Assembly: GCA_016840065.1 (NCBI GenBank)
Contig: JAEOTB010000036.1
Location: 1 to 18,419, forward strand
Source of the DNA: Candidatus Hermodarchaeota archaeon
GTDB taxonomy: Archaea > Asgardarchaeota > Hermodarchaeia > Hermodarchaeales > Hermodarchaeaceae
Length of the DNA stretch: 18,419 nt
Direction of reading: 5' to 3'
The notes below the pieces were generated by a model. That model was not told the DNA's origin and ran no database searches. It saw only the letters and a list, made by a program, of their open reading frames with translations. This document shows, in pieces, positions 1 to 7,093 of this stretch. Every line of letters starts with the position of its first letter. Within the stretch, counting starts at the first letter, position 1. The position numbers were made by a program, and so were the translations under genes.

Positions 1-24
1 ACTGTGACGGTATTCAGGCGATAA
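1..24 (+). CDS. 3' end of an upstream gene (…TVTVFRR*), possibly an SCP2-like/archaeal thiolase-domain protein
   Basis: Frame 1 reads ACT GTG ACG GTA TTC AGG CGA TAA. A hydrophobic beta-strand followed by RR-stop resembles thiolase C-termini, and DUF35 genes typically follow thiolases. Only 7 codons are visible. Confidence 0.3.
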   Translation, partial: TVTVFRR

Positions 25-40
25 TATTTGCAATGGATGA

Positions 41-556
41 GTGATAGAAATGACTGAGAAATACAAGGAATACTCTGGTACGCCTTTGTCATCACGTGAC
101 ATCAAGTCAGGTAAGGTTATCACGTTCAAGTGGCGTCCAAATGCGAAGTATGCGTGGAGCGTTGGTATTGCTTATGGACGTTTCCTCGAGGAGTTGAAGA
201 ACGGCAAGATTATCGGTAGGCGTTGCCGCGAGTGCGAGAGAATTCTTGTTCCTCCGCGGATGTTTTGTGAGCAGTGTTTCCGACCTACTGACGAGTGGGT
301 CTTTGTCAAGGACACTGGAGTAATCAACACGTTCTCGCTTTCATACCTCGATGCTGATGCAAGGAGGATTAAGACGCCAATCCCTGTAGCTGTGATTGAT
401 CTCGATGGTGCGAGTCCTGGTATTGGCATTCTGCACAAGCTCGGGAATGTCGACCCCAAACGGATTCACATTGGGATGCGGGTCCGCGCAGTGTGGAAGC
501 CTGCCAAGCAGCGTGAAGGGTCGGTTACCGACATCAAATATTGGGAGCCCATCTAG
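41..556 (+). CDS. Zn-ribbon/OB-fold protein (DUF35 / ChsH2-C-like acyl-CoA-binding scaffold)
   Basis: CRECERILVPPRMFCEQC rubredoxin-like ribbon, then OB-fold signatures (G-V-I-N-T-F, AVIDLDG, IGMRVRAVW). Start is GTG 41 or ATG 50. Confidence 0.92.
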   Translation: MIEMTEKYKEYSGTPLSSRDIKSGKVITFKWRPNAKYAWSVGIAYGRFLEELKNGKIIGRRCRECERILVPPRMFCEQCFRPTDEWVFVKDTGVINTFSLSYLDADARRIKTPIPVAVIDLDGASPGIGILHKLGNVDPKRIHIGMRVRAVWKPAKQREGSVTDIKYWEPI

Positions 557-560
557 GAGG
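556..560 (+). promoter_or_regulatory. Shine-Dalgarno site for the second DUF35 gene
   Basis: GGAGG overlapping the upstream stop codon, 9 nt before ATG 570. Confidence 0.7.
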
Positions 561-569
561 ATATGACAT

Positions 570-1040
570 ATGTCTTTTGAGAAAATCCGTGATCCAAGAC
601 GAATTCGACACTGGAAAGGCGATATGGAAGTAGACTATATCTACACAGCAGGAGTTGCGGGTGAGAAGTTTCTTGCCACAATTAGGGATAAGGGAAAGCT
701 CCTCGCCGTTCGCTGTGGAAAGTGTAAGATTACCTACTTGCCGCCTCGAATCTACTGTGAACGGTGCCAATCTTCGTTAGATGATTGGTTTGAGGTGCCC
801 AAGACAGGGACTATCCAGACCTTCACGACCGTACACATGGACAATAATGGTGAGCCTCTCCCCAAGCCGATAACTCTGGCCTTTATCCGAATCGACAATA
901 CTGATGGTGGGCTTGTTCATGAGATTGGCGGCGTAAAGCCTGAAGCCTTGAGAATCGGTATGCGTGTAGAAGCTGTATTTCAGAGTAAATCTAAAAGAAC
1001 AGGTGCACTCACCGACATCAAACACTTCAAGCCAGTCTAG
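570..1040 (+). CDS. Zn-ribbon/OB-fold protein (DUF35 family), second paralog
   Basis: CGKCKITYLPPRIYCERC, GTIQTFT, IGMRVEAVF, GALTDIKHFKP; GGAGG at 556-560 lies 9 nt before the ATG. Confidence 0.93.
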   Translation: MSFEKIRDPRRIRHWKGDMEVDYIYTAGVAGEKFLATIRDKGKLLAVRCGKCKITYLPPRIYCERCQSSLDDWFEVPKTGTIQTFTTVHMDNNGEPLPKPITLAFIRIDNTDGGLVHEIGGVKPEALRIGMRVEAVFQSKSKRTGALTDIKHFKPV

Positions 1041-1083
1041 TCTCTCCTATCCCTACAAAGGATGGCAGTGATAATCAAAGAGC

Positions 1084-1099
1084 CTAGCTCACTAGCTAG
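1084..1099. other. Short perfect hairpin between convergent genes
   Basis: CTAGCT-CACT-AGCTAG in the 1041-1117 convergent gap. Confidence 0.3.
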
Positions 1100-1117
1100 A
1101 ACTCCGTATCCCTTCTT

Positions 1118-1411
1118 CTAGCCTCCAGCGCAGCGAGGTCGTCGGTAGGTGAGCTGATACCGCACCAGAAAGGAATCTCCCTCTTCCCGTTCAAAATCGA
1201 CCATGTCGAGGCTAATGGGTCCTGTAGGGTTTAGCTCGAAAATCAAATCTTCGAAGTAATCATATACTCCGCAGGTGTGGCAGAATGATCCAGAGAAGCG
1301 CACGACTAGCTCGTTGTTGTCAAAGCGGATGAACTCTGCTGTGGCCTCAGGGCTTCTGTATCGGTTAAAGCTAGCAATAGCGTGGCGTATGGTCTCTGGA
1401 AGATCATGCAT
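1118..1411 (-). CDS. Conserved archaeal hypothetical protein with CxxC, NifU-C/NfuA-like
   Basis: 97 aa. ELVVRFSGSFCHTCG resembles the NifU-C motif (V-x-V-x-L-x-G-x-C-x-x-C). It fills the gap between neighbours on the same strand as the upstream operon. Confidence 0.7.
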   Translation of the reverse strand: MHDLPETIRHAIASFNRYRSPEATAEFIRFDNNELVVRFSGSFCHTCGVYDYFEDLIFELNPTGPISLDMVDFEREEGDSFLVRYQLTYRRPRCAGG

Positions 1412-1433
1412 GATGTTCGCATCTAATAATTTG

Positions 1434-1451
1434 CCTTATAGAAGGTTTTGG
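1434..1451 (-). promoter_or_regulatory. Candidate BRE/TATA promoter for a leaderless transcript of the CxxC gene
   Basis: Minus strand reads CCAAAACCTTCTATAAGG. The TATAA element ends about 25 nt before ATG 1411 and no SD is present. Confidence 0.35.
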
Positions 1452-1473
1452 TTTTACAAAGACCAAGAAACGG

Positions 1474-2385
1474 TTATTTTGGGTCAGGGAACAGGCTTCT
1501 CGAAAAGCCCAAAGCCAGAACTTGGATAATAGAAGTACGGGATTCGTGAGGAAACACCTCGATTTCATGTAAGAAGCGGTCTCTAACAGCATTTAATACC
1601 GCAGTTTCTGGTGCTTCTCCTTGCCAGGCGTCAACAATAGTATCACGCCAAGTATCAAGTGTTGCTAAGGCACGGTCAAAGGTCTTGTTTACTTCGGGAC
1701 CTGTTGCAACGCCGAAATGCGAAAACACTAGATAGTCAGGCTCATATCCTTTCAGCTTCTCCAAAGATGTCCGGTAGATGTCATATTTGAAGGAGGGTGG
1801 AAAAGCCGTTGGCAGCACAGTATACCTCTGAGGGCCTAGGAGGCCTGCTGCATCGCCAGTGTAGAGGGTTCTTGACTTCCGCTCAAAATACGCTAGGTGA
1901 TCTGAGGTGTGTCCCGGTGTGCTCACTGCCTCGATTTCCACTCCCCGTCCCAAATCAATCACTTCACCGCCTTTCAATTCCTCTGTCGACGCAGTTGAGG
2001 GCAAGGGTATGATATCCTCAGCAAATGGTCCAAAGAGTTGTCGTGCACCAGCATTCAATCGTTCAGGATTATGTAGTGTGGCTAAGGCGTATTTGTGACC
2101 AGCGACGACCGCCTCTGGGAGTCCTTTTACGAGGGGTGTTGTGCCGCCGCAGTGGTCTCCATGTCGGTGTGTGACAAGCACGTATCGAACCTCATCAGGT
2201 GGTATCTTTCGCTTCTCTAGTTCAGAAAGAATGCGGGGACCACAACTTGAATGACCTGTCTCCACAACGGCAGTGTCAGAACCTTGTACGAGAAGTATCC
2301 CGGTTGTGCGTGGGCTTTTCCAGCCTTGCACATCGATTAGCTCGATGGGCTCGGATAGACGCTGCGGTTCCATAATGTAAGGCAA
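1474..2385 (-). CDS. MBL-fold metallo-hydrolase (glyoxalase II-like superfamily)
   Basis: THRHGDHCGG (HxHxDH), TPGHTSDH, LYTGDAAG, FSHFG. TTG start is supported by AGAGGAG about 8 nt upstream; alternative ATG at 2373. Confidence 0.92.
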   Translation of the reverse strand: MPYIMEPQRLSEPIELIDVQGWKSPRTTGILLVQGSDTAVVETGHSSCGPRILSELEKRKIPPDEVRYVLVTHRHGDHCGGTTPLVKGLPEAVVAGHKYALATLHNPERLNAGARQLFGPFAEDIIPLPSTASTEELKGGEVIDLGRGVEIEAVSTPGHTSDHLAYFERKSRTLYTGDAAGLLGPQRYTVLPTAFPPSFKYDIYRTSLEKLKGYEPDYLVFSHFGVATGPEVNKTFDRALATLDTWRDTIVDAWQGEAPETAVLNAVRDRFLHEIEVFPHESRTSIIQVLALGFSRSLFPDPK

Positions 2386-2443
2386 TAAATAATCTCCTCT
2401 GTTCCTAGCGTTCTCCTGTGTAGCGGTCGGTAACGTTGGTTGA

Positions 2444-3613
2444 TTACTTTTCTCTTTCGATTATTGTAGCGGTTCCCAGACCTAAGCCGCAGCACATTGT
2501 CACGAGACCGAAGCGGAGATTGCGGTCCTCCAGTGCGTTGAGGGCGGTGGTGATTAAGCGTACACCAGAAGCTCCAAGGGGGTGTCCTAAGGCGATGGAG
2601 CCTCCATGGGCTGATAGGCGTGGGTCGGTTAGTGGATCGAAGCCTAGCATCTTTCCTGTGGCAATCGGTACACTGCTGAACGCTTCGTTCACCTCTAAGA
2701 TGTCCATATCCTCTAAGGCAAGGCTGGCTCGTTCAAGGCAGGGGGGAGTAGCGTAGATAGGTCCTTCCAGACAGATAACCGGTTCGACGCCTACAACAGC
2801 CTGCGCTTTGACAAGTGCACGAGCTTTCAATCCTAGCTCATCCGCTTTTTCTCGGGACATTAGCATCACTGCTGCCGCACCATCATTGACAGGGCAGCTG
2901 TTTCCAGCAGTAACCACTCCACCAAAGAGAGGTGGTAGTGATGCTAGTTTCTCCATTGAGGTGTTACGGCGTGGGCTCTCGTCTTGTTTGACGAGTTTGA
3001 CGCCCCCATCCTCTTGGGGAGCTTCAATCGGTACTACTTCTTTATCGAATTTGCCTGCATCCCAGGCTGCAACGCCTTTCTGATGACTCCATAGGGCAAA
3101 CTTGTCCATCTCCTCCCGCGTGATTTCATACTTTTCCGCTATCTTTTCGGCACTCATGGGCATCGGGATGAACTGGTATTTCTGAATCAATTTCGGATTG
3201 AAACATAAATATCCTTCACCAAAATCAGCACCTATTGGCAGCAATGACATATGCTCAACGCCCGCTGCGATAACGATGTCTGCGTTGTCTGTGGCAATGG
3301 ATTGTGCAGCAAAATTCAGAGCCTGCTGGGAGGAACCACAAGCTCGATTCATTGTCATTCCCGGAACTGTGTAGGGAAAGTCTGCGCCTAGCAAGGCTAG
3401 CCTCCCGATATTCGCGCCTTGCTGTGCTGTCTGAGTGTTACATCCCATCATAACGTCATCGACTTGCTTTGGGTCGACCTCGTTTCGTTTGACTATTTCC
3501 CGTAGGACATGAGAAGCCAACTCGTCGGGGCGGACCTTGGCAAAGGCCTTTCCCCGTTTACCAATTGGTGTACGTATAGCGTCTACGATTACAGCTTCAC
3601 GAAGCTCTTTCAT
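2444..3613 (-). CDS. fadA: Acetyl-CoA C-acyltransferase (3-ketoacyl-CoA thiolase)
   Basis: RTPIGK start motif, catalytic NRACGSS, NEAF, GHPLGASG and TMCCGLGLG motifs; AAGGAG SD upstream. Confidence 0.95.
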   Translation of the reverse strand: MKELREAVIVDAIRTPIGKRGKAFAKVRPDELASHVLREIVKRNEVDPKQVDDVMMGCNTQTAQQGANIGRLALLGADFPYTVPGMTMNRACGSSQQALNFAAQSIATDNADIVIAAGVEHMSLLPIGADFGEGYLCFNPKLIQKYQFIPMPMSAEKIAEKYEITREEMDKFALWSHQKGVAAWDAGKFDKEVVPIEAPQEDGGVKLVKQDESPRRNTSMEKLASLPPLFGGVVTAGNSCPVNDGAAAVMLMSREKADELGLKARALVKAQAVVGVEPVICLEGPIYATPPCLERASLALEDMDILEVNEAFSSVPIATGKMLGFDPLTDPRLSAHGGSIALGHPLGASGVRLITTALNALEDRNLRFGLVTMCCGLGLGTATIIEREK

Positions 3614-3634
3614 GATGTATTTTTCTCCTTGAGG

Positions 3635-4423
3635 TTATTCGCCTGAGTATTTCGGTTTCCGCTTCTGTAGAAATGCAGAGACCCCTTCAATGAAGTCTTT
3701 TGTAGAGAAAAGTTTGCCGAATGATTTGGCTTCTAGTTCAAGCCCTTTCTCAAATGAGCCATATAGGCTCTGATTGATGCACTGCTTGGCTAGCTGTAAA
3801 GCTATTGGGGACTCTGAAGCAAGCTCTTTGGCGAAGTTCAAGACATCTTCCTCGAAGGATTCATTGGGCACTACCTTGTGAACTAACCCTATTTCCAGTG
3901 CTTCCTTCGCGGAGTACCGCTTTGATAGCATTATGGCTTCCTTTGCCCTGGCTATGCCAATGATGCGAGGTAGTCGCTGGGTGCCACCTCCCGCGGGGAG
4001 CAGAGATAATCGGACCTCTGTTAGTCCCATCTTCACTCTCTCTGCAGCTATCCGGAAGTCACAGGCTAGGGCGATTTCACATCCTCCACCAAAAGCGTAG
4101 CCATTTATTGCAGCTATCACTGGTTGAGGTAGCTTCTCAATCCGATGGAATAGTTTGTGAGCCATTGTGGCTAGTTCCTGCGCTTTCTCTGGTGTTGTTC
4201 CAGCACCATATGCTGTTAGGTCTGCACCGGCAGAAAACGCCTTTTCTCCTGCGCCAGTTAAGATCAAGACCCAGATTTCCCTGTCCTTCTCAATCTCAGT
4301 GAGTGCCTTACCTATATCTTCGATTAGTTGAAGATTGAATGTATTCAGTTTTTCGGGGCGATTTAATACGAGCCACGCAGTCTTGTGTTCAGGCTCCCTC
4401 TTCAGTAAAACAGTCTCGTACAT
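3635..4423 (-). CDS. Enoyl-CoA hydratase/isomerase (crotonase family)
   Basis: LNRPEKLN, FSAGADL oxyanion motif, GGGCE and TEV (both catalytic Glu), PAGGGTQRLPR, EGVSAFLQKRKP. Confidence 0.95.
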   Translation of the reverse strand: MYETVLLKREPEHKTAWLVLNRPEKLNTFNLQLIEDIGKALTEIEKDREIWVLILTGAGEKAFSAGADLTAYGAGTTPEKAQELATMAHKLFHRIEKLPQPVIAAINGYAFGGGCEIALACDFRIAAERVKMGLTEVRLSLLPAGGGTQRLPRIIGIARAKEAIMLSKRYSAKEALEIGLVHKVVPNESFEEDVLNFAKELASESPIALQLAKQCINQSLYGSFEKGLELEAKSFGKLFSTKDFIEGVSAFLQKRKPKYSGE

Positions 4424-4430
4424 CTTATCT

Positions 4431-4499
4431 TCCTCAAACCGATTTGAGTCGAATAGGTATTGTTCTTCCGACTCAAAAAGGCTTAAGGTACCATGGTAC
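4431..4499 (-). promoter_or_regulatory. Structured leader/regulatory region of the crotonase-thiolase operon
   Basis: Perfect 9-bp inverted repeat TTTGAGTCG (4443-4451) / CGACTCAAA (4469-4477); perfect 12-bp palindrome GTACCATGGTAC (4488-4499); SD GAGGA (4435-4431) 7 nt before the ATG. Confidence 0.5.
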
Positions 4500-4523
4500 A
4501 GGTGTTTAATTGATTCAACTACT

Positions 4524-5837
4524 CTAGTTGAGAATTAGGGTTTGTCCCTTAGTGGCAGCTTCTGCTGTGAACCCATATTCGCTTCGAAGTGTCTCTGCGA
4601 GGCTGTTACAGGCAACAGTATCGCCATGCATCGTCAGTATCTGGGGATTCCCCCTAGCATTGCGGAGGAAGTCCAGAACTTCCCCACGATCAACATGACA
4701 TGAGAAGTTGAAGGACTTGACCTTCGCCCTAACATGTAGCCTCTGACTAGAACCGTCTCTGGAGTGTAAGGTTAGGCTTCCTGTATCTAGAAGTTCTGCA
4801 CCTGGAGTACCTTGCAGTTGTTTACCTACCAGCAACACGCTGCTTCTACGGTCATCAGCAACAGCTCGGAGGTAATGCAACGCGGAGCCTCCTTTGAGCA
4901 TACCAGCTGGTGCTATGATAATCGCGGGGTCTTCTAGCGCCCGTCTTCGATCTGAAGCATTTCGCACAAAAGTGACGCGCTTAGCTGCCCGTTGGAGTTG
5001 AGGGCCACCAGTGAAGGATTGAGTATAGCGTTGCATCACACTGGTGACAGATTTAGCCATACCGTCGATATAGATGGGATAGTCAAGACCATGGCTGCGG
5101 TATTTGTGGAGTACACTTAGTACCTCCTGAGAGCGCCCCACTGCGAAGGCGGGAATCAAGACGGTTCCCCTTTCCTCAAGGGTAGCGCGCACGGTTTCTA
5201 CAAAGGTCTGCTCAACCTCTTTCCTTGGTGGATGCTCAGACAGAGCGTATGTGCTTTCCACTATGACGAAATCAAGTTCGCCTATCTCTTGTAGGCTAGG
5301 TGCACCTTGCACTAACTGGGTAGCTCTTGTGTTTAGGTCACCAGTATAGAGAATGCGGGTGGAGCCGCTTCCATTCCCTTCGATTTCCACGAGGATCGAA
5401 GCACTACCTGGTATATGTCCGGCATCCAGTAGGGTGACCCCAACCTTATCGCTAACTTGGTGCCTTTGGCCATAGGCTAAGGCTTGTGTGTTCTTTAGTA
5501 AGTGTTCTACTTCTTGTCGCTCAAAGGACAGGCTAGCACCACCAATCCGGAGCATATCCTTTAACAGTAATTTCGATAAGGCGCGAGTAAGCGCTGTAGT
5601 GTAGACAGGAACTGGCTGTGTGTGGCTTCCCGCGAGGAGTGGAAGGCTCCCACTATGATCTAGGTGAGCGTGGCTTAGAACCGCGGTCAAGTTCCGGGTA
5701 GATGTAGGTAATGGGGTACGGTGTTCTCCCTTGAACGCGACGCCATAATCCATGAGGACTCGGGCGCCCTTGTGTTCGATTAGCACTGCTGAGGCGCCTA
5801 CCTGTTGGCATCCGCCTAGAAATGTAATTTGGGTCAT
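4524..5837 (-). CDS. beta-CASP metallo-beta-lactamase ribonuclease lacking KH domains (aCPSF2/aCPSF1b-type, CPSF73-like)
   Basis: FLGGCQQVGAS, MDYG, SHAHLDHSG, AGHIPG, YTGD, ESTY, PAFAVGRSQE, GMLKGG, FSCH (motif B) and MHGD (motif C). At 437 aa there is no room for N-terminal KH domains. GGAGG SD at 5851-5847. Confidence 0.92.
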   Translation of the reverse strand: MTQITFLGGCQQVGASAVLIEHKGARVLMDYGVAFKGEHRTPLPTSTRNLTAVLSHAHLDHSGSLPLLAGSHTQPVPVYTTALTRALSKLLLKDMLRIGGASLSFERQEVEHLLKNTQALAYGQRHQVSDKVGVTLLDAGHIPGSASILVEIEGNGSGSTRILYTGDLNTRATQLVQGAPSLQEIGELDFVIVESTYALSEHPPRKEVEQTFVETVRATLEERGTVLIPAFAVGRSQEVLSVLHKYRSHGLDYPIYIDGMAKSVTSVMQRYTQSFTGGPQLQRAAKRVTFVRNASDRRRALEDPAIIIAPAGMLKGGSALHYLRAVADDRRSSVLLVGKQLQGTPGAELLDTGSLTLHSRDGSSQRLHVRAKVKSFNFSCHVDRGEVLDFLRNARGNPQILTMHGDTVACNSLAETLRSEYGFTAEAATKGQTLILN

Positions 5838-6178
5838 CTAGTAATCCCTCCCTGATTTAAAGTGTGAAAGCGTCGTCTGCTGATATGCAGAATCGACTAG
5901 GGTATTTTGATTAGTCTTAATTTGCAATATTTCTATTTCCTATGTTTTCTTGTTTTCCGCACCTGCCTCAAACGAGTCGTCTACCCAGACGCGAGACACT
6001 ATAATGGGAATCATAGCGCTAGGTGTTCGCCTCTTGCAGGACGGGTGAAATCACGTTGTCTCTAGATTCAATCCCAAATTGTAACTAAAATTAGAAACTG
6101 ATAGGAGGAAGCTAGGTAATTCCGTTTATTCACTCTAAGCCTCCTCAGATATGCGCGCACTTAAACATTCCTATTTTT
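5838..6178. other. Long (341 bp) non-coding gap with several stem-loops; possible structured RNA or UTR
   Basis: Hairpins at 5872-5897 and 5978-5991, a multibranch fold closed by GAGACA/TGTCTC (5993-6062), and a 9-bp stem 6105-6113/6138-6146. No ORF of 60 aa or more. Confidence 0.3.
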
Positions 6179-7084
6179 TCAGGCTGTGCTAATGCATGGG
6201 AAATGACCAAAAAGATCTTGGTAGCGGTCCTGCAGTCCTTGTAGAATCTTGTAGGGTACTTGGGCTGAGCCAAGGGGGGCTTTACCTTCTATTGCTCCGT
6301 GGTAATCAGAGCCTCCTGTCAAGACTAAATCGTACTGATCGGCTAACTGTTTCAGCTGCGCGAGTCGCTGTGGAATATTATCATACCACTCCTTAGAACG
6401 CCCTGCCACGTACTTGTAAGGATAAAGATGCTCAACACCCTGAAGACCCATTGGACAGAGTTTTATTAGCAATTCCTCGATTGGTGCTTTAATGGTGAAA
6501 GGGTGAGCAATGACAGGAAGTCCACTAGCATCTAGAATAGTTCGAATCCCTTCAGCGATGGTTGGTCTTGGACGCTGTGCATAGGCGGGGCGTCCATATC
6601 CGAGGTACTTGTCGAACGCTTCTTCGAAGGAGGATACATAGCCCTTGCGGATCATAACTTGTGCTAGGTGTGGGCGACCGATAGCCTCCCCGCAAACTTC
6701 CGCTTCCACCTCTTTTTGGTCGATGTCGATTCCCAACTGTCGCAGCTTTGCCAGCATCTTAGGTAGCCGTTCAGTTCGCCCTCTTCGCATACCCTTGAGT
6801 AACCGAGTGATGCCGGGGTTTGCGAGGTCAAAGTAGTAGCCCAGTAAGTGAATGCTTTTCCGCTCCCACTGACAGCTAATTTCCACACCGGGCACCACCG
6901 TTATACCAATCTTTGAACTCGCTTCCAAGGCCTCCGCTATCCCTGACACAGTATCATGATCTGTGATTCCCACTGCTCGAAGACCTAGATGGTGGGCTGT
7001 CTCTAATACTTGCGAAGGAGTATCCGAGCCATCAGAAGCGGTAGTATGAATATGGAGGTCTACAAAAGATGTCAAATTATTCAA
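6179..7084 (-). CDS. PHP-domain phosphoesterase (TrpH/YciV/RNase AM-like)
   Basis: DLHIHTTASDG, ITDHDT, PGVEIS, IHLLGY, GRPHLA, IAHP, TGGSDYHG motifs. Confidence 0.93.
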   Translation of the reverse strand: MNNLTSFVDLHIHTTASDGSDTPSQVLETAHHLGLRAVGITDHDTVSGIAEALEASSKIGITVVPGVEISCQWERKSIHLLGYYFDLANPGITRLLKGMRRGRTERLPKMLAKLRQLGIDIDQKEVEAEVCGEAIGRPHLAQVMIRKGYVSSFEEAFDKYLGYGRPAYAQRPRPTIAEGIRTILDASGLPVIAHPFTIKAPIEELLIKLCPMGLQGVEHLYPYKYVAGRSKEWYDNIPQRLAQLKQLADQYDLVLTGGSDYHGAIEGKAPLGSAQVPYKILQGLQDRYQDLFGHFPCISTA

Positions 7085-7093
7085 TCCTTATTA

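Noticed and set aside
554-572. TAG read-through or fusion of the two DUF35 genes
   Set aside because: The genes are in different frames, read-through meets TGA within 8 codons, and the second gene has its own SD.
4524-5837. aCPSF1/FttA termination factor
   Set aside because: Too short and lacks the N-terminal KH domains of aCPSF1.
5993-6062. Cloverleaf as a true tRNA gene
   Set aside because: No TTCRA T-loop, no properly placed D-loop GG and no 7-nt anticodon loop; kept only as a generic structure candidate.
6014-6105. GGTGTTCGCC and a later CTGAT resembling a fluoride (crcB) riboswitch
   Set aside because: The required upstream GGCGATG pairing strand and the downstream CTGATGAC-x-CC pseudoknot are absent, and it lies antisense to the flanking genes.
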